From an uncultured Gemmatimonadales bacterium (GTDB taxonomy: Bacteria > Gemmatimonadota > Gemmatimonadetes > Gemmatimonadales > GWC2-71-9), in NCBI GenBank assembly GCA_963795085.1, contig CAWCFX010000001.1:192001-256000 (forward strand): a DNA stretch of 64,000 bases, given 5' to 3'. Below, piece after piece: positions 58,534-64,000 of this stretch; position 1 is the stretch's first letter, and the number at the start of each line of letters is the position of its first letter. The notes under the pieces are model-generated. The model did not search any database. It had not been told where the DNA came from and saw nothing but the letters and a program-made list of their open reading frames with translations. Made by a program: the position numbers and the translations under genes.

Positions 58534-59625
58534 GTGTTCCGACCGGCGATCCCCGGCGCCTTCGTGATCGGCGCGCTCACCGCCAGCATCGGCCTCGTTC
58601 ACGCCCAGTCGAGCGCACCCGCGCCACTCCGGGTGCAACGCGCCGAAATCATGGACCGCCGCGGCTTCGAGCGGCCCATGGTGGCCTACACGCTGTTCGT
58701 GCCGGCGGGGTGGCGCGGGGAAGGCGAGATCGAATACGCTCCGCCCGGCGGCTGCGGCCCGGACCAGCGGATCAACTGGCGGGCGTCCGATCCCGCCGGC
58801 GTGGCCGCCATCCAGGTCGTCCCCGAGGAAAAGTGGTCGGCCAGTAATTTTCAGCAGCCGGACAACTGCCTCCACGCCCAGGTGGGCGACACCCGGTCCT
58901 ACCTGCAGTGGTGGGTCCAGCGTAACCGGCCGGGCGCGCGGGTGCTGGACTACCGGCCCCGTCCCGATCTCGCGGAGCCCTTCAAGAAAATCGCCCAGTC
59001 GGGAAACGGGATCCGGAGCTGGGGCGACGCCGGTGAAATGCTCATTGCCTACCAGCACAATGGGCGCCCGGTCCGGGAGGCGATCTCCAGCGCCAATTTC
59101 TTCATCCACACCCAGATGTCGGGCATGGAGATGCTCCAGGGCGTGAGCGCGCCGGGCTTCGCCATGCGGATGCCGGAGGGCGCGCTGGACTTCAAGGCCG
59201 CCGAGGCGATCCGGCAATCCATCCGGTCGGCGCCGGAGTGGCAGGCCCGGATGAACCGGGTCATGGCCGAGCGCGGCCAGATCGCGATCGACCACAACCG
59301 CCGGATGGGCGAGATCAACCGGCAGGGCGCGGCGGACCGTTCCGCCATCATCGCCAACACCAGCCGGGAGATCAACGAGATCCAGATGGGCACCTGGCAG
59401 AGCCGCAACGAAAGCATGGACCGCCAGCAGCGCGAAACCATCGAAGGCATTCGGGGGGTGGAGACCTACACCGATCCGCACCACGGCGGCACCGTCCAGC
59501 TTTCCAACCAGTTCCAGCACGCCTGGCAGCTCCGGGACGGCAGCTACCTGCTGACCGACGATCCCAATTTCGATCCGGCGCGGACCCTGAACCTGCCGGG
59601 ACAGCGGCTGAAACCGGCCCCGTAA
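58534..59625 (+). CDS. Secreted hypothetical protein
   Basis: GGAG RBS, signal peptide ending VHAQ, Gln/Arg/Met-rich helical segment, C-terminal IRGVETY.DP..G..V.L motif. Confidence 0.78.
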   Translation: MFRPAIPGAFVIGALTASIGLVHAQSSAPAPLRVQRAEIMDRRGFERPMVAYTLFVPAGWRGEGEIEYAPPGGCGPDQRINWRASDPAGVAAIQVVPEEKWSASNFQQPDNCLHAQVGDTRSYLQWWVQRNRPGARVLDYRPRPDLAEPFKKIAQSGNGIRSWGDAGEMLIAYQHNGRPVREAISSANFFIHTQMSGMEMLQGVSAPGFAMRMPEGALDFKAAEAIRQSIRSAPEWQARMNRVMAERGQIAIDHNRRMGEINRQGAADRSAIIANTSREINEIQMGTWQSRNESMDRQQRETIEGIRGVETYTDPHHGGTVQLSNQFQHAWQLRDGSYLLTDDPNFDPARTLNLPGQRLKPAP

Positions 59626-59699
59626 AGCGAGCCGGGGCATTTTCCGCTCCCGGCACACGTTCACCGCACGACCCTGCTCACTCTTTTGAAATGGCTCCC

Positions 59700-60302
59700 A
59701 TGCGCACATTCCTGCTTGCTTCACTTCTCGCCACGTCGGTGGCCGCCGGCGCCCACGCCCAGGACGGTTTCGGCAACCAGCCTCCCCGGCCCCAGCCGGC
59801 GCCCCAGCAGTCCGGGTACGGCCAGCAGCCGATGGGCCAGGGCGGCGGCGACGCCGCCGAGGGCCAGGACTTCGGCGTGGCACCGACGGCGCAACTGCAT
59901 ACCGGCGCGATGCACGGGCCGACGCCGACCACGATTCCCGGCGGTCTCGTCATCACCACCAGCGCCCTGACCGCCATGCTGGCCAACCAGCAGGCCCGTC
60001 CGCTGCTTCTCGACGTGCTCGGCGGCCCGGAGATCATCCCGGGTGCACTTGCTGCGGTTCCGGCGGCCCAGCCGGGGACGTTCTCCGACGATACCCAGAA
60101 GGGCTTCGGCCAGTTCCTGCAGCAGCAGACCCAGGGCAACATGCAGACCCCGATCGTGCTCTACTGCCTGAGCAACCAGTGCTGGATGTCGTACAACGCG
60201 GCGCTGCGGGCCATCAACATGGGCTACAAGAACGTCCTCTGGTATCGCGGCGGCATTGAAGCGTGGAAAGCCGGCGGCCAGCAGGTGCAGAAGCGGCAAT
60301 AG
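59700..60302 (+). CDS. Secreted rhodanese-like protein (related to the PQQ-catabolism-associated CXXCW family)
   Basis: H.PTP.TIPG, LLDVL, IVLYCLSNQCWMSYNAALRA..MGY.NV.WYRGGIEAW. Confidence 0.82.
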   Translation: MRTFLLASLLATSVAAGAHAQDGFGNQPPRPQPAPQQSGYGQQPMGQGGGDAAEGQDFGVAPTAQLHTGAMHGPTPTTIPGGLVITTSALTAMLANQQARPLLLDVLGGPEIIPGALAAVPAAQPGTFSDDTQKGFGQFLQQQTQGNMQTPIVLYCLSNQCWMSYNAALRAINMGYKNVLWYRGGIEAWKAGGQQVQKRQ

Positions 60303-60486
60303 ACGGACGGTGCCCGGTCCCCGCCATCGGCGGGGATCCGGGACCACCGCGCCGGCTCGTCGTCCCCCATCCCTTCGCATTTTTCTACCCCACCCCTGCG
60401 TTCGTTTTTCTCCCCCGCCCCTGCCCGCGCGGTGTATGGTGTCGCCGGTGATGTTCGCTGGCTTTCACATCTCAGGGGAGTTCTCG

Positions 60487-60837
60487 ATGACCCGCCGGGG
60501 CAGTTCGCTGGTAGAAGTGCTGGTCGCCCTGACCATCCTGAGCGTCGGCGTGCTCGGGCTGGTGGGGACCAGCACCGCGGTGACCCGCATGCTGGGCCAG
60601 GGCCGCTGGTCCACGGTGACGATGAGCCATGCCGAAGAGCGGCTCGAGCTGCTCCGCGCTGCCGCCCCCGACTCGGCGGGGTGCCTGGCGCTGGCCGGCG
60701 GCTCCGCCACCCACGCCGGCGGTCTGCAGGAGACCTGGAGCGTGGTGCCCGGCGTCCGCTCGACCGCCATCGAAATCGTCCTGGCGAGGGGGCCGGCCGG
60801 GAGCGATACGCTCACCGCGGTGGTTCCATGCCTGTAA
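60487..60837 (+). CDS. Minor pilin, PilV-like
   Basis: MTRRG|SSLVEVLVALTILSVGVLGL with Glu at +5; first gene of the minor-pilin operon. Confidence 0.82.
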   Translation: MTRRGSSLVEVLVALTILSVGVLGLVGTSTAVTRMLGQGRWSTVTMSHAEERLELLRAAAPDSAGCLALAGGSATHAGGLQETWSVVPGVRSTAIEIVLARGPAGSDTLTAVVPCL

Positions 60838-61682
60838 GCCCGCGGGCCAGGCGGCGGGCCACCGGGTTCAGCCTGGTCGAGCTTCTGGTGGCACTCGTGG
60901 TCGGCGTGCTGGTGGCGGGGATCGGCCTGCGGCTCCTGCTGCGGCAGCACTGGAGCGGCATGGCGCACGGCGATATCGCGGCGTTGCAGGGCTCGCTCCG
61001 GGCGGGCATGCTCTTTCTCTCGACCGAGCTCAGGGAACTCGGCGGCACGCCGGGCTCGGCGGATGTCCTGGCCTTCGCCCCCGAGTCCCTGACCTATCGC
61101 GCCATGCGAAGCACCGGCCTCAGCTGCCAGCGCTCCGCCAACCTGGTGCTCCTCGACAGCGCTTCTCTGGCGGGCTACCGGGCCATCCAGGCGGGCCGGG
61201 ACAGCCTGCTGGTGCACCGGGAGAACCAGGCCGCCACCCCGGCCGACGATGCCTGGCTGGGGCTGCCGGTGATCTCGGTGGGAGCGGCCGCGTGCGGGGC
61301 ATCGCCGGCGCTGGCAATCACGACCGTGCTGGACACCGTCTCCTCCCGTCCGGCGGCCTTCGCCCCGCTGGCTCCGGTCCGCAGCTACGAGGTCATGCAG
61401 GTCAAGCTGTACCAGTCCGCCGGCGACTACTGGCTCGGCGCCCGGTCGGTCTCCGCCGGCGAGACGATCCAGCCGGTGATCGGGCCGCTCTCGTCAGCCG
61501 GCCTCCAGCTTACCTACTTCGACTCGGCCGGGAGCCCGGCGGCCACCGCCGAAACGATCCGGCGCATCGGGATTACCCTGCGGGCGATGAGTGGCTCACC
61601 GGTCCGGCCGCTGGGCGGCGGAGGTCCGGCGGTTCGCCGCGTGGACAGCCTCCTGACCACGGTCACCCTGCGCAACTGGTGA
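60828..61682 (+). CDS. Minor pilin, PilW-like
   Basis: ATG|FSLVELLVALVVG prepilin site; C-terminal GLQLTYFD..G, IRRIGITL, VTLRN. Confidence 0.85.
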   Translation: MPVSPRARRRATGFSLVELLVALVVGVLVAGIGLRLLLRQHWSGMAHGDIAALQGSLRAGMLFLSTELRELGGTPGSADVLAFAPESLTYRAMRSTGLSCQRSANLVLLDSASLAGYRAIQAGRDSLLVHRENQAATPADDAWLGLPVISVGAAACGASPALAITTVLDTVSSRPAAFAPLAPVRSYEVMQVKLYQSAGDYWLGARSVSAGETIQPVIGPLSSAGLQLTYFDSAGSPAATAETIRRIGITLRAMSGSPVRPLGGGGPAVRRVDSLLTTVTLRNW

Positions 61683-61686
61683 CGAC

Positions 61687-62851
61687 ATGGTCGCCCACCG
61701 CACGCAACCGCACCCATCCCGCCGTCGGGGGAGCGCACAGGAGGGATATGCTCTTCCGCTCATGCTCGCCGTCCTCGCGGTGGGCAGCATTCTCGCCGCC
61801 GCGGGGTTTCTCCTGGCCCGGCTGGAAGTCCAGTCGGGGCAGAATGCCCTGAGCTCCGCCCGGGCGTTCCTGGCCGCCGAATCGGGACTGGCGGAAATCA
61901 CCGCATGGTGGGACCCGGCGGGCCACAACCAGCTGGCCGTGGGCGCCACCGTGACCCTGCCAACCCGCACCCTGCCGCGCGGAGGCTACGTCGGAACAAT
62001 CACGCGGCTCAGCGCCGCCCTCTTCATGGTGGAATCTTCGGGCTGGTACCAGCCCGCGGCGAATCTCCCTCCGGCCCGGCGGGCGCTCCGGGCCGTGGTC
62101 CGGCTGGACCAGGTGATGAACGCCCCCCGGGCGGCTCTGACCGTGATTGACACCGTCGCGTGGGATGGTGTCTCCCTGGTCGAAGGCCAGGATACGATTC
62201 CGCCCGGGTGGAGTAGTCTGTGCCAGGCCGATACCGCGGTAGCCGGACTGGCCCGCGCGCCCGGCACCGCGCTGTCCCCACCGCCCTGCCCGGGGTGCAC
62301 GTCGGGGTGCTCCTTCCACCCTGGTGGACTCCACCCTCGGCGCGGTGACACTGACGGGGGCCGGGACCGGCGGGTATGCCGCGCTGTCGGGTCGGGCCAT
62401 GATCAGGGTGAGCGGAACGGTTGGCCCGGTGGGGCCCCGGGTGGGCGGGTTGCCTGCGTCCTGCGTTTCGGGCGACTCACTCAACTGGGGAGAGCCCCAG
62501 CGAAGCGGTCCATTCGCCGCCTGTGCCGGCTACGCGCCGCTCATCCACTCGCCGGGAGACCTGGTCCTCACCGGCGGCCGAGGCCAGGGAACTCTGCTGG
62601 TGGACGGCGACCTGGTCCTTGGAGGCGGGTTCGAATTCCTGGGGTCGGCCGTTGTCCTGGGCACCTTTCGAAACGGGCCCGGTGGTGGCCGGATGGTCGG
62701 CTCCCTGCTGGCCCGTTCTGTCCGCCTGGACCCCTCCCTCCCCGCCTCCCCGGTTTCGCTGCACTACTCGGCCTGTGTCTTGCCTTTTACCGACCGTGGT
62801 TCTTCGCTGGCCTTGCCCCTGTCGCACCGTCACTGGGCTCAAAGTTTCTGA
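61687..62851 (+). pseudogene. Minor pilin, PilX-like, split by a +1 frameshift (real or assembly error)
   Basis: EG|YALPL lacking E5 and ARAFLAAESGL are PilX hallmarks. Removing one G from GGGG at 62304-62307 joins it to ORF 62324-62851 (GQGTLLVDGDL..GGFEF.G). Confidence 0.75.
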
Positions 62852-63247
62852 AACCAGCCTCGCAGGGGCCCTGGCGCCCCATCCGTCCCGGGCGCTGTCT
62901 TGCGAAATGCTGGGAAAACTGCACCGTGCTGCCGAGAAGGCCCCGATCCGGGGGATTCGGCCGGGCTCCGGGGTTGAGGGGTAAGCCAGCAGGACGGCGC
63001 ATTCGACCGGCGAAGCGAGGGTTTTGCTCGTGCACTCTGCTTCAGGTATTGCGAGGTGCAGGGCGAGAAGGTGGAGAAACGGAGCATGAGCTAATGTGAG
63101 CGCACACTCACGGACTGGGCGAGATTTTTCGGCATGGAGTCCGCAGGGCTGCAGGGCCTCGGAAGACTTTCCAACTAGGTTTATCTGAAACCTGTAAGTA
63201 ATTAGACAGAAACAGCTTGTTAGCGCTCACCTCAAGCAAGTTTGAGC

Positions 63248-63276
63248 TTGACAAAAAAACGGGCGTGTGGTAGCGT
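63248..63276 (+). promoter_or_regulatory. Sigma-70-type promoter upstream of pilM
   Basis: TTGACA, 17-nt spacer, TAGCGT with extended TG. Confidence 0.65.
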
Positions 63277-63311
63277 AGCCTACCCAACTATCCATAAACC
63301 TGCGGAATCGT

Positions 63312-64000
63312 ATGGCTCTCTTCGGTCGGAAACGGACCACAATTGGCCTGGATATCGGTAGCGGGCTTATCAAGCTCGTGGCGATTTCGCATGGCTCCGG
63401 CGAACCGGTCCTGACCAAGGTCGCGCTGACGACCGTGGTGGACGATGCGATCGTCGAGGGCGAGGTCATGGATACCGGTATCGTGGCGGAAGCGATCCGG
63501 GGCCTGATGCAGTCGGCCGGGATCAAGACCAAGAATGTCGTCATCGCGGTCGGCGGCCGCGATGTGATCATCAAGAAGATCGCGATGGAGCGGGTCAAGG
63601 AGGCCGAGGCGCGGCAGCTGATCCGCTGGGAGGCGGAGCAGCACGTGCCCTTCGATATGGAGAACGTGGAGCTGGATTTCCAGATCCTCGACCCCGAGGG
63701 CGATGGCCTCCAGATGAACGTGCTCCTGGTGGCGGCCAAGCGGGAGCTGGTGGAGAACAAGCTGGCGCTGCTGTCCCAGGCGGGCCTCAACGCCTCGATT
63801 ATCGACGTGGATGCCTTCGCGCTCCACAATGCCTTTCAGCTGAATCATCCCGATGCGATGCACGGCGTCGTCGGCCTGGTGAACCTGGGGCACGAGACCA
63901 CCAACATCAACATCATGGAAGATGGCGTCCCGGTCCTGACCCGGGACCTGCCGCTGGGCACTCGCCGGTTCCGTGAGGATCTCCAGCGCGAGCGGGGCCT
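63312..64000 (+). CDS. pilM: Type IV pilus assembly protein PilM (runs off the window end)
   Basis: Manual translation MALFGRKRTTIGLDIGSGLIK..., EAEQHVPFD, VLLVAAKRE, IIDVDAFALHNAF, LVNLGHETT. Absent from the ORF track because there is no stop in the window. Confidence 0.93.
   Translation, partial: MALFGRKRTTIGLDIGSGLIKLVAISHGSGEPVLTKVALTTVVDDAIVEGEVMDTGIVAEAIRGLMQSAGIKTKNVVIAVGGRDVIIKKIAMERVKEAEARQLIRWEAEQHVPFDMENVELDFQILDPEGDGLQMNVLLVAAKRELVENKLALLSQAGLNASIIDVDAFALHNAFQLNHPDAMHGVVGLVNLGHETTNINIMEDGVPVLTRDLPLGTRRFREDLQRERG

Noticed and set aside
63096..63111. GTGAG-N6-CTCAC palindrome upstream of pilM
   Set aside because: It is a single short palindrome about 135 bp from the promoter with no assignable regulator; too weak to call.

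Overview
This is a high-GC bacterial chromosomal window, roughly 68% by eye. A Gemmatimonadota-like origin is my inference from gene content such as the GWxTD protein, large TonB-dependent receptors and pilin style; the sequence does not prove it. Type IV pilus (T4P)/competence genes occupy both ends: comEA-pilB-pilT-pilC at the start, and pilS-pilR-pilA, a degenerate enhancer-binding protein, a minor-pilin operon (third gene frameshifted) and a partial pilM at the end. The middle holds housekeeping and accessory genes: two M24 peptidases, an ECF42-type sigma/DGPF operon with a matching promoter, DeaD, Uup, a TonB receptor-YfiR-hybrid kinase operon, tungstate ABC tupABC, and an Oar-like TonB receptor next to a GWxTD protein. 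There are four decayed remnants: a methyltransferase, a TolC::CusA deletion scar, a cupredoxin and a prepilin. I saw no rRNA, tRNA, CRISPR-cas, integrase or transposase. The most unusual signals are non-coding. (1) A ~24-unit degenerate 21-bp-periodic array (57083-57590) lies just upstream of an orphan 227-aa helical protein and downstream of a broken prepilin gene. (2) An AT-rich array of five ~150-bp self-complementary units spans 54245-54960. (3) Inverted short-tandem-repeat hairpins sit at T4P gene junctions (3361-3476, 51845-52127).
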